From NCBI RefSeq assembly GCF_006345805.1, contig NW_021832658.1, forward strand, positions 1-29,775: DNA of 29,775 nt, in the 5' to 3' direction. The notes under the pieces are model-generated. The model made no database searches. It was not told where the DNA came from and worked only from the letters and a program-made list of their open reading frames with translations. Both the position numbers and the translations under genes were made by a program. This DNA comes from Octopus sinensis (Eukaryota). Below are positions 15,109 through 25,316 of this stretch, piece by piece (the first letter of the stretch is position 1; each line of letters opens with the position of its first letter).

Positions 15109-15208
15109 TTGACTTAAACAGGATTCGAATAATCCTATCAGGTGGTGCTATTAAGTTAGACATGGCCTGGACCAATCTCTGGTCGAAACATATCTAAGTT
15201 TTATATAT

Positions 15209-15512
15209 AAATTAATAGTTATCGCCATACTAATATGGCAGTCTTATAAATATAAGACTAAAGCTGTCGCTGGCTAGCTCCATGAGGCCACCGCCTCAAG
15301 CTAGCTATTTGACACACGAACCTGCGTCCATTAAAAACCTTCGAAGAAGGGAGGTCAGCCGCTTCATCCTGCCAGTTCGAAGGTTTTTGATGGACGCAGG
15401 TTCGTGTGTCAAATAGCTAGCTTGAGGCGGTGGCCTCATGGAGCTAACCAGCGACAGCTTTAGTCTTATATTTATAAGACTGCCATATTAGTATGGCGAT
15501 AACTATTAATTT
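15209..15512. repeat. Near-perfect long inverted repeat (137-bp arms, 30-bp spacer), fold-back or MITE-like
   Basis: Arms 15209-15345 and 15376-15512 are reverse complements with only two mismatches (15274/15447 and 15332/15389). Confidence 0.95.
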
Positions 15513-15839
15513 CCAGTAACGCTGCCGTAATCTCCTTTGCTCTACTGATTCAACCCGATGCAGCTTACTCAATAATGATGATTTCTAACCATCGCTGGCA
15601 TCGATGGTATTAACCTCTGCACTTCACCGGCATTGCTTTCGACCCAGGGAGAATGAAAAGCTGGATTTGAACGCAGAACGTAAAGAGTCTATGTCTTAAA
15701 TGCTGCAAGACACTTGCTTATGGTTTTAAATGATCTAACCAATGGTGGTGGCACTGGTTGCGCTGTTGGCGCTGGGTTGGGTGGGGAGGACGAGGCGTGT
15801 AGCGTAGCGGACAGAGAAATGATAATGGTATTTAGGATA

Positions 15840-16076
15840 ATGATATTCACGCCAATGACGACAAGCTCGGAAAGTGATGACGACGACACGGATGATGATG
15901 GTGATGATGATGATGAAAACGATGATGATGATGATGATGATGACGATGATGATGGTGGTGATGATGATAATTATAATGACGACGACGATGTCGAAGATGA
16001 TGATGAGGAGGAGGATCAATCAAGATGGTGTGGATGACGATGATGATGATGATGACCACGATGACGACGATGCTGC

Positions 16077-16132
<56 letters not shown>

Positions 16133-16328
16133 CTGACGACGATGACTGTTTGGTTTAACATGATCCTCCCACCTTCCCCGCCGCCGCAACCCTATCATAT
16201 TTTACATAGATGATAACATTAATACATAAAATAGACGTTTCCCGTTTATGAATATTCATGAGATTCATTTACAGTTCACCGGATATTGGCATTGGTTCGG
16301 TGTTGGTGCGGCGGTGGCGGTGACAAAT

Positions 16329-16367
<39 letters not shown>

Positions 16368-16526
16368 GTAATAGTAGCAGCAGTAGTAGTGGTGGTGGTG
16401 GTGGTGATGTCAGTGTAGTTTCGACGGCAGTGGTTGGTGTTAACGCTGTTGTCTAATGGTATTAAAAGATCATTAGGTATATCCTGGCATTGGCGGCGGC
16501 GGAGGCGTCAGTGGTGGAGGTGGCGG

Positions 16527-16557
<31 letters not shown>

Positions 16558-16598
16558 AATGACGATGAAGATGATGATGAATATGATGATGATGAAGT

Positions 16599-16645
<47 letters not shown>

Positions 16646-16685
16646 GTGATGATGACGATGATGATGACGATGATGATGTTGATGG

Positions 16686-16716
<31 letters not shown>

Positions 16717-16719
16717 GAA

Positions 16720-16755
<36 letters not shown>

Positions 16756-17708
16756 GATGATGATGATGATGATGATGATGTTGTTGTTGTTGTTGTTGTT
16801 GTTACTGTTGGTGGTGGTGGTGGTGGTGGATTTCGTAGTTTACTGAAGGCAGTTAAATGTAATCGTTAGCAGTGGTGGTGGTGGTGTTGGTGGTGGTGGC
16901 GTTGTTGTTGGTGGTGGTGAAGACGTGTAGGGTGAGGAGTCAATGTGGTGGTCCGCGTGGGTGGTAAAAGGGGTTATTTGACTTGGTAAGTGGAATGTGT
17001 GGGCTGTAACAGCGGTGGTGGTGGTTGTGGTGGTAGTGCTCGTGTGTAGGTTATTTAGAGATAGCAGATGGGGAAAACAGTGATAACAGTAACAGTTTAG
17101 GTTGTAGTATAAGTGGTAATATTTGGTTGTTGTACTGGTATTGGCGGCGGCGGCGGCGATGGTGATGGTGGTGGTGGTGGTGGTGGAAGTTCTGGCGGTT
17201 GTAGTGTCCTTGGTAGTGTTGATTCTAGTGTTGGTGGTAGTATTTGCAGGTAGTGTTGTGCCAGTGTAACTTTTGGTATTGGTAGTAGCGTTAGTGGTAA
17301 TGTTGAGTGTGATGTTGGTGTCGACGGTGGTAGTGTTGTGGTACAGCTCACAGTATTAATGGTGGTGTTGGGTTGTAGTATAAGTCATAGTATTAGTGGT
17401 GGTATTGGGTTGTAGTATAGGTCATAGTATTAGTGGTGGTGTTGGGTTGTAGTATAGGTCATAGTATTAAGGGTGGTGTTGGGTTGTAGTATAGGTTATA
17501 GTATTAATGGTAGTGATGTGTTGTAGTATAGGTCATAGCATTAATGGTGGTGTTGGGTTGTAGTATAGGTCATAGTATTAGTGGTGGTGTTGGGTTGTGA
17601 CACTGGTAACAGTGATTCTGGATAATTAAGTTTGTTGTTGTTATCGCCATTGCTAATGTCTGCTATATCTCTCGCTACTGCTGCTGCTGCTGCTGCTATT
17701 TCTATTAA

Positions 17709-17747
<39 letters not shown>

Positions 17748-18430
17748 CGTCGTCGTCATCATCAGTCCTATCCGTTCCCGCCTCGCCCCTCCCTCCCTAA
17801 TCATATATTCAACTTCACAGTCAAAGCTAATATTTCGTGCTGAAATGAAGTTAATTAGCAAACATAGAAATAAATTACTGTACAGGCCGAAGGTGGTGGT
17901 GGTGGTGGTGGTGGTGGAGCTGGCGGCGGCGGTAGTGGTGGAGCTGGACTGACGGTGGCGCAACTGGTGCTCGGATTAGTAGTGGTGATGGTGATGGTGA
18001 TAGTGGTGGCGGTTCTGGAAATGGTAGACGAAGTGATGGTATTTGTTGTAGTGGCAACAGCCGTGGTAGAGGCGTTGTTGTTGTCGTTGTGGTAGTGGTG
18101 GTGGTGCAGGAGTGGTGGCTAGTTTAGGATTGTGGTGTAGAGAGCACCGGTATTTGTAGTAGTAGTAGTAGTAGTAGTAGTATTGGTGGTGGTGGTAGCG
18201 CAATATGATTACGATGATGATTTTGTTGTTGCTCTGAATAATAATGATTATGGAGGTGGTGGTGGTGGTGGTGGTGCGGTGGGGGTAATGACGACGACGA
18301 CGAAGATGATGATCTTACGATGGTGACGGCGGTGATGGTGGCGGTGGAGATGGTGATGGTGATGATGGTGGTTGTTGTAGTGGTGGTGGTGATGATGATG
18401 ATGATGATGATGATAATGATAACGACAACG
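15840..18430. repeat. About 2.6 kb of compound trinucleotide microsatellites (GAT, GGT, GTT, GCT, GTA)
   Basis: Directly visible; source of the poly-M/D/A/H/V pseudo-ORFs. Confidence 0.95.
17352..17598. repeat. 37-bp minisatellite, about 6.7 copies
   Basis: Units agtatta(a/g)tggtggtgttgggttgtagtataggtcat start at 17352, 17389, 17426, 17463, 17500, 17537 and 17574. Confidence 0.95.
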
Positions 18431-18561
18431 ATGATGACAAGCCATGTCAAAAATCAAAGCCCATGTGATCAAACAACACTCGACGGCAGACAGTGTGTTG
18501 AAAACGTCACCGGAACGTGATATATTCTATCAATACATATATATGTAACAATAGCCATGGG

Positions 18562-18615
<54 letters not shown>

Positions 18616-18624
18616 AGAATACAC

Positions 18625-18805
18625 ACACACACAAAACAAAAGACGGAGACAGTTGGTGTAGACAACAAGCAGACGTGTTAGTTTAACGCTCGGGAAGTGT
18701 AAAAGTCTTTAACGTTTCGAGCCTACGCTCTTCCACAGAAAGGAACTCAGATGAAATAAGGAGAGAAAATAAAGAATGTGTAGTGGCTAGCGATCTATCA
18801 TGGCG
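18625..18805 (-). mobile_element. Penelope-terminal-like dispersed repeat carrying a hammerhead-like motif at 18707-18742; homologous to 28040-28210
   Basis: Clear alignment with the 28.1 kb copy (ttagttt..cgctcgggaa..gtcttt.acgtttcgagcctacgctcttc...agaaaggaac...gatgaaataa). Confidence 0.6.
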
Positions 18806-18828
18806 AATGTATATATATGTATATATAT

Positions 18829-18916
<88 letters not shown>

Positions 18917-19443
18917 AGCCCATGGCTATTGTTACTGTGTTGACACCAGTTAACAGCCCTCACTTGCAATACGGCATTTAAAACCCAGGAAGTCGTTACC
19001 TGCTCACTAGATATATTAGTCAAATATGCTTCAAGTTGCAGAGCAGCCGAAATTGAGTACCTTCTGGAAGTACTTTTAGTGATGCTGTCCGTACCTGGTG
19101 GTAATAGTTCAAAGAGTCTTTCTCGATTTCGCTTATGAACATTTATAGACGAGGTCGAACTCAGAAACACGAGGGAAGTAGTCCAGATATTACAACAGCC
19201 GGAATAACATCGTCCACCATGTTGCCCGGTTGTTTACGTAAACATAGATCTCTCACAGTCCTCTTAACACGCAAGACTGGTGGCCTTAATCTGCTGCAAT
19301 GAGTGACTACATCAGACATTTCTTACTCGCTCGCTCAGTCGATAAGAAGATAAGACTAAAGTTAGGATTTATGAGAATCTTCAAGCTCACACTGCTTGTC
19401 TGTCTGTCTGTTTATCTCGCTGCTTCACTGTAACGTAATGTTG

Positions 19444-19837
19444 GTTTTAAATTTTGCCACAAGGGCGGCAATTACGGGGGAAGGGATAAATCGATTACAA
19501 AGACCCCAGTACGCAACTAGTACCTAATTCATAGATCCCCGAAAGGATGAAAGGTAAAGTCGACCTCGGCAGAATTTGAACTCAGAGCGTAAAGACGGGC
19601 GAAATACCTATTTCTTTACTACCCACAATGGGCTAAACACAGAGGGAACAAACAAGGACAGACATAGGTATTAAGCCGATTACATCGACCCCAGTTCGTA
19701 ACTGGTACTTAATTTATCGACCCCGAAAGGATGAAAAGCAAAGTCAACCTCGGCGGAATTTGAACTCAGAATGTAACGGCAGACGAAATACGGCTACGCA
19801 TTTCGCCCGGCGTGCTAACGATTCTGCCAGCTCGCCG
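19444..19837 (-). mobile_element. Composite SINE: head, young body (19608-19791), then older body
   Basis: Two B boxes and two bodies; the octamer cgaaatac is repeated at both junctions (19600-19607 and 19784-19791). Confidence 0.9.
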
Positions 19838-19875
19838 TATTTGACTGTGATGTCATATTGTTAGGTGAATATTGA

Positions 19876-20043
19876 GGCGCAGGGATGGCTGTGTGGTTAA
19901 GAAGTTTACTTGGCAACCACATGATTTCGGTTTCAGTCTCACTGTGCCGCACCTTGGCGAAAGTGTCTTTTACTATATAGCATAGAGTTGACCAATGTGT
20001 TGTGAGTTAATTTAGTAGACGGGAAACTGTGTTGAAGCCTGTC
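19876..20043 (+). mobile_element. tRNA-derived SINE of a third family (ggcgcagg..tggctgtgtggt..accttgg..aagtgtct)
   Basis: A box tggctgtgtggttaag, decayed B box, body ending gtagacgggaaactg..gaagcctgtc. Confidence 0.75.
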
Positions 20044-20165
20044 TTAGATAACATGATAACACTTACAGTATGCAAGTTAGTACCCCCAGTTTTCTACAGT
20101 TACTGTAATTGTTGAGGTTGTTAACAGATTGGCTGATAGTTTCGCTGGATTTGGTCAAATTGATG

Positions 20166-20219
20166 TAGACGACCCTGATGAGAATTCAATAAGATGCGAA
20201 AATCGATTAAGGTTGTTTA
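20166..20219 (+). ncRNA. Minimal type I hammerhead-like motif
   Basis: Stem I tagacgacc/ggttgttta (9 bp, two G-U), CUGAUGA at 20175-20181, weak stem II gaat/atgc, GAAA at 20198-20201, palindromic stem III AAUCGAUU, UUA triplet followed by one extra A. Confidence 0.55.
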
Positions 20220-20301
20220 TCAGTTTTCCTTTTAATCTACAGAGAATTAGTGAAATTAGCTCTGGATATATGTCTACTATATAGGTTAAACACATACACA
20301 C

Positions 20302-20332
<31 letters not shown>

Positions 20333-20512
20333 TTATATATGTGTTTGTATGTACGTATATATGTGAGTGTGTATACGCACAAATATATATATATATATAA
20401 AATATGTGTGTGTGTGAGTGTCTGTGTGTATGTAAACACACAAATATATACACACACAAATATGAGAGTATACTGGCAATGATGTAGCAACATTTGAAAT
20501 ATTGTCCAGGTA

Positions 20513-20587
20513 AATCCAGCTGATGAAGACTAACCATATATTCGATGACAAACGTATTTGAAGAGTCCGAAACCTAGGTACTGGATT
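20513..20587 (+). ncRNA. Type I hammerhead ribozyme motif (Penelope-associated type)
   Basis: Stem I aatccag/ctggatt (7 bp), CUGAUGA at 20520-20526, stem II (a)gact...agtc(c) around a 32-nt loop, GAAA at 20569-20572, palindromic stem III ACCUAGGU, GUA cleavage triplet ending at 20580. Confidence 0.75.
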
Positions 20588-20639
20588 ATCCCAGTCTTGG
20601 TTGTCCATTCACATAATGTTCTTCCTGTGTTTGTGTTGG

Positions 20640-20780
20640 TTGCCTCCCTACCACTTGACAACCGGAAATGCTTTGTTTACACTCTTGTGACTTAGCTGTT
20701 TGGCACAAGAAACCGATGAAATAAATTTCACATTTAAAAGTAATTACTGGGGACGGTTTGTTCGACTAAACAACTTCCGA
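20640..20780 (+). mobile_element. 3' part of another octopus-type SINE (ctaccacttgacaaccg...tactgggg..gtttgttcgactaaa)
   Basis: Motifs recalled from common octopus repeats; decayed. Confidence 0.55.
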
Positions 20781-20967
20781 TGACTAAGGAAAAACCCCCC
20801 ATAAAACTGCTGTCTGTGATGATCATGGCAAGTACGATTGCCCTGGAGCTGAATTAGCGTGGTGGTGATGATGATGATGATAATGATGATCATGATGATG
20901 ATAATGATGATGATGGTTAATGTGATAATTGTTATGATGGTTATAGTAATGATGATGGCGATGATAG

Positions 20968-21120
20968 CTAAGGGTGATAATGATTGTTAAGGGCGATGGT
21001 GATCATTAAGGGCGATGGTGATTGTTAAGGGCGATGGTGATCATTAAGGGCGATGGTGATTGTTAAGGGCGATGGTGATCATTAAGGGCGATGATGATTG
21101 TTAAGGGTGATGATGGTAAG
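20968..21120. repeat. 19-bp minisatellite with strict A/B alternation (38-bp higher-order unit)
   Basis: Units ttaagggcgatggtgat-CA and -TG alternate at 20968, 20987, 21006, 21025, 21044, 21063 and 21082. Confidence 0.9.
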
Positions 21121-21530
21121 GGTTAAAAGCGATGGTCATAGTTCAGGGCGCTGAAGTTTGATGATGATGGTTAAGAGTCATGATGATGGTGATGGTTAGT
21201 GAACGTGATGATTGATGTTGCCAAAAGGCACATCGTTCTGTGTCTTCTGTGACGTGCACACGAAGACTCAATCGTTAATATTTGTGCAATAACAACAAGT
21301 TTTATGGCAGAATCGGTGGAGCAACAGACAAAATGCCTTCTGGTATTTATCTAATACGTTTTCCGTTGAGATATAAACCAATAAGTTCAATAAACAGACA
21401 TTTTATGAAGTTCATATTCTATATATATATATGTACACAATTCAAATTTTGCTTCCAGACTGCCTGGATCTGTTTTGCAAAAGCACCTGTACTTACACAC
21501 ATACATGCTTACAGAGATACATACATAAAT

Positions 21531-21574
<44 letters not shown>

Positions 21575-21685
21575 ACACACACACATACTCTCACACACAC
21601 ACAGTTATGTGTCCATCGGTCTATATATAAATGTGTATGTATCTATGTATAGGCTATATTTTATATATGATATTTTATTCCAATA

Positions 21686-21721
<36 letters not shown>

Positions 21722-21809
21722 TGTATGTATGTATGTATGTATGTATATATGATGTATGTGTGTGCATGCATGTTATACGTCATTTATATAAGACATACAC
21801 ACACACACA

Positions 21810-21853
<44 letters not shown>

Positions 21854-22658
21854 AACACATCAACACATATGCAAACATGTATATCTGTTTATACAAAAAA
21901 GATGCAAGAATACTTGTAGAGAAACTTATTTATTCAACAAGTATATTTATACACAAACACAGACACATGCACAAAACATACACACTTTGTTCCTCGCACA
22001 CACTCACACACACACACACACACATTTATATATATATATATATACACATACATATGTATATATATATATATTTAACAAAGGATATATTAATCAGCAAAAC
22101 ATGCTTAGAAACCTACTAATATTAGTCTGTAGACAAGTAGACAAGTATATCTAAATACAAAATATACACAAAAGACCGTTTTTAGAGTCTGATAAGACCA
22201 ATAGTCGATTCATAAGCATCGACCATTCTTTTTTAAGGCACCCGAATAGATTGGGAATACATCAGTACACGAATTAGATCCGATATTTCCACATACATAC
22301 ATAAATGTATATATATATATAAGCATGTATGTATATATGTACCTACAAATATGCATGAATAAAAGAAAAACAAATTAATATATTACCATATATATTGAAA
22401 CCTCTGCTCGCTATTACACGAAGTTAAAAGATATAAAAAAACATATACTGTGCTTCCCCTAAATATAATTATATTAACAATAGATTCCTTTAGTCAAACA
22501 ATTTTTTCAGTACATATAGAGATATAAACATTTACATTCGCACATTATCCCAGATATTTAAACTCGCGCGAACACACACACACACACACCCATCAATATC
22601 TATATCAATATATAGGCTCACGTTTTCGCAGACAATAACACGCCATAGTTATACATCC

Positions 22659-22712
<54 letters not shown>

Positions 22713-22716
22713 ATAC

Positions 22717-22749
<33 letters not shown>

Positions 22750-23429
22750 CAGAAATACATATATATATATATATATATATATACAGAAATATATTTATCT
22801 TTACATATACAGGAATGTATCAATATAAATATACAATCACACACACACACCTCTCTATATAGACATGTTTCATTATACATAGATATCCGCATATCTCTAC
22901 CCATACCTCCATCTATAAAGCCATACATCTCATCTAACTCTTCCATACACGGCTATGGATACATATATATGCAAATACACGAAACTAATCTTATGCATAA
23001 CCAAATACGGTCATGTGTGTGAGAGACTTTGTTCTCATTTTTGATCCAATCAAAACAGCTATCCATAAAAAAACAGAATATGCGCCATAGCAAATTGGTC
23101 GTGAGTTGCTGATACAGTTGCTATTGTGGTTCCTATGTTTGGTAAGAGTTCATGCTAAATAGTTTAAATTCCATTAAGAGTTCAAAAGTAAGTTGGAGAC
23201 GATTGAATAACAACCAAAAATGATTGGATGCCACACTAGGTTATGTGACAATGCCTGTTGTGAAATATATCACTGTGAATGCGAAGTGATATAAATTGAA
23301 AGGTTTTAGTTATGTATTTAGATAGAAATAGAATAAATTAAATAGAAAATGAATCATCTTTCTGCATGTAATGTGTGGAGACTTTAGGCACAAGGCTCTT
23401 TAGAAGGAGATGAATGGTGCCTAACCGTC

Positions 23430-24720
23430 TGGGTACAAAGTTTGATGAAATTGTGAATATAGCAAGAAGTGATTATCTCAGAATTCCGGTCAAGTCGGGC
23501 ATCCTTAGTAAAAACGATAAAGAACTCATTCACATGGCATCTTGCTCTGCCATGATGAGAATGTTCGCCCTTTGTTTCTATGTAGTACGACGGTTTTTAA
23601 GTTTCCATGTGTATTTAGATAGAGAAACGGCATGACTTGTTCCCTGGCTTTTGAAACGTATGTGTACGCTAATGGAATCTTGAATTCATTTGCAGTCAGC
23701 CTGATATATGCTGTAATGGATATAGCTGGTTTTTCTGTACACGATATCCTTAGCTAGTTATATTAGATTAAGCTACATATTAAGCTTGATACAGTGTAGA
23801 AGAGAATTTAACAATATTTTATTTATGATTTTGTAATAATTGTGTTTAGGAGAAAGTACCTTTTCGGTATAAAAAATCATTTTGGTTATAAGAGCAGCAA
23901 CTGCTAAATTACGGGGTGAATTATGCCAAAATAATCCATTTAGATCTGTTCCTGATGTTATTTATTTTATTAGTGGTTTAAAATGGTATATTTACCGATA
24001 AAACTACTTCTACATGAAGTTGGCTGCATCACAATAAATTGAAAATTCTTCAAGGATATGTTCATTAGCTGATAGCCTATAACGTACGTTTCTATCTAGG
24101 GTTTAGTGGTAATTCTAGAGTGATTTGACCTTCTGTATAAAAATCAGCGCCTCTTTGGGTTCTGGAAAAGGGTATCAGAGTCAATTAGTTACTTTGAAGG
24201 TAACATCTAAGAACTCAACTGTAGTTAGGTTGGTCTCTGAAGTTTAAATCATAAACACAGACTCATTAGTATTATTACCAAGGTTGAAGCGCTTGCTCCC
24301 ATACCTATTACAGAATTTCTCTAAGAAGAGATTGATCATTACTGTCTTCTTGGCTTCCAAAATTATCTCTACTTCTGATTGGTCAATATTAGTAAAATAT
24401 TTAGCAAAATTCAGTCGACTTATCTACCAGTTGTTCGGTTATTGAGACATAATAATTTTCGATATCAAATTCCAAGAACCTAATGATCTGTTTATTTAAG
24501 TACTTTTTACAGTAAAAATGAGAGCCTGAGGATTTTGCCGTATTTATCATTGAGCTATCATTTAATTTTATCAATAATATTACTGAGGATTTGTTTGCTA
24601 ATATTGCCTGTATCAGATGGTAAAGTTGATTAACGTAATTGTTGGGCGATTCTGAAATCAGCCAAATGCTCCAAACTAAATTACCATTTATTGCCTAAGT
24701 GGCACGCAAATATATTTCCA
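23430..24720 (-). mobile_element. Degraded Penelope-like element (RT and GIY-YIG endonuclease relic)
   Basis: Minus-strand translations across frameshifts give ISKQILSNIIDKIK, RFLEFDIENYYVSITEQLVDK..NFAKYFTNIDQSEVEIILEAKKTV, VEFLDVTFKV, SNHSRIT, YIRLTANEFK, SLSKYTWKLK and RNSEIITSC, in the order expected for Penelope RT then GIY-YIG. Confidence 0.8.
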
Positions 24721-25231
24721 AGTATCTAAGTGCATTGCCAACGAGAGAGAGAGAGAGTGAAGTGGTAAATTGGTAAAGTTGGAAGAGCATTAAATAGAAT
24801 GCTCTCTGGCATTGATTCTGAGTTCAACTCACACCAAATATCACTATTACTTTCAACCTTTCGGAGTATCAAACTTTCGTGGTGGACTGGCAGTAAGGTA
24901 TGGTCTCAACTACTTGGTCTGATTTTTTAAGGTTTTGATATATCTCTACTCATCTTGTTAATCATTCTTCCATTCCATTTATATATATTAGTACATTTCC
25001 AAATACAGTAAAAATGGATCATGATTCTTCTCTTTGGTTGGTTTTCTTTCCCGTGACGTTTTTTCACTACTTCATGTTGTTTTCTTAGAAAAAAAAATCA
25101 TGCCTCATACTTTGATTATAAATAGAATTAGATAGAATGAGATAATTAGTAAACAAGCATTCTTACTTGTGAAGATGATGATGCGTTGATACATAAAACA
25201 TTGAAAGATTTGAGTTTCAATGTATTAACGC

Positions 25232-25271
<40 letters not shown>

Positions 25272-25282
25272 CTCTATATATA

Positions 25283-25316
<34 letters not shown>

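Larger units (their letters stand above)
12105..15208 (+). mobile_element. CR1-group non-LTR retrotransposon (LINE), 5'-truncated, nearly complete ORF2 plus 3' UTR
   Basis: APE motifs NVRGI, ILTETHL, KGGTAIFI, GLYRPP, VMGDFN, ILDLVLTN, SDHDMV. RT motifs NYRPISLTSHIIKVFE, QHGFR, YLDFSKAFDRVDH, SGVPQGTVLGPLLF, FADD. C-terminal LDRFLQRIPDKP..GY..NSL. 3' stem-loop gacca-atctc-tggtc at about 15170-15184. Confidence 0.95.

Noticed and set aside
15160-15197. gacca-atctc-tggtc-GAAA-catatc at the LINE 3' end, resembling hammerhead stem II plus GAAA
   Set aside because: No CUGANGA upstream; best read as the ordinary 3' stem-loop of the LINE.
12030-15215. TSD for the CR1-group LINE
   Set aside because: Both ends abut TA-rich sequence, so no unambiguous duplication can be defined.
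17352-17598. Regular 37-bp repeats as a CRISPR-like array
   Set aside because: Units are contiguous with no unique spacers, in a eukaryotic context; this is a plain minisatellite.
15714-18520. Acidic, poly-Met, poly-Ala, poly-Gln and poly-His ORFs resembling low-complexity proteins
   Set aside because: Overlapping ORFs in several frames on both strands from trinucleotide runs, with no convincing splice sites or unique coding sequence.
18787-19170. 127-aa ORF with a non-repetitive N-terminal half
   Set aside because: No recognisable motif, and it runs into (TA)n; more likely decayed retroelement DNA.
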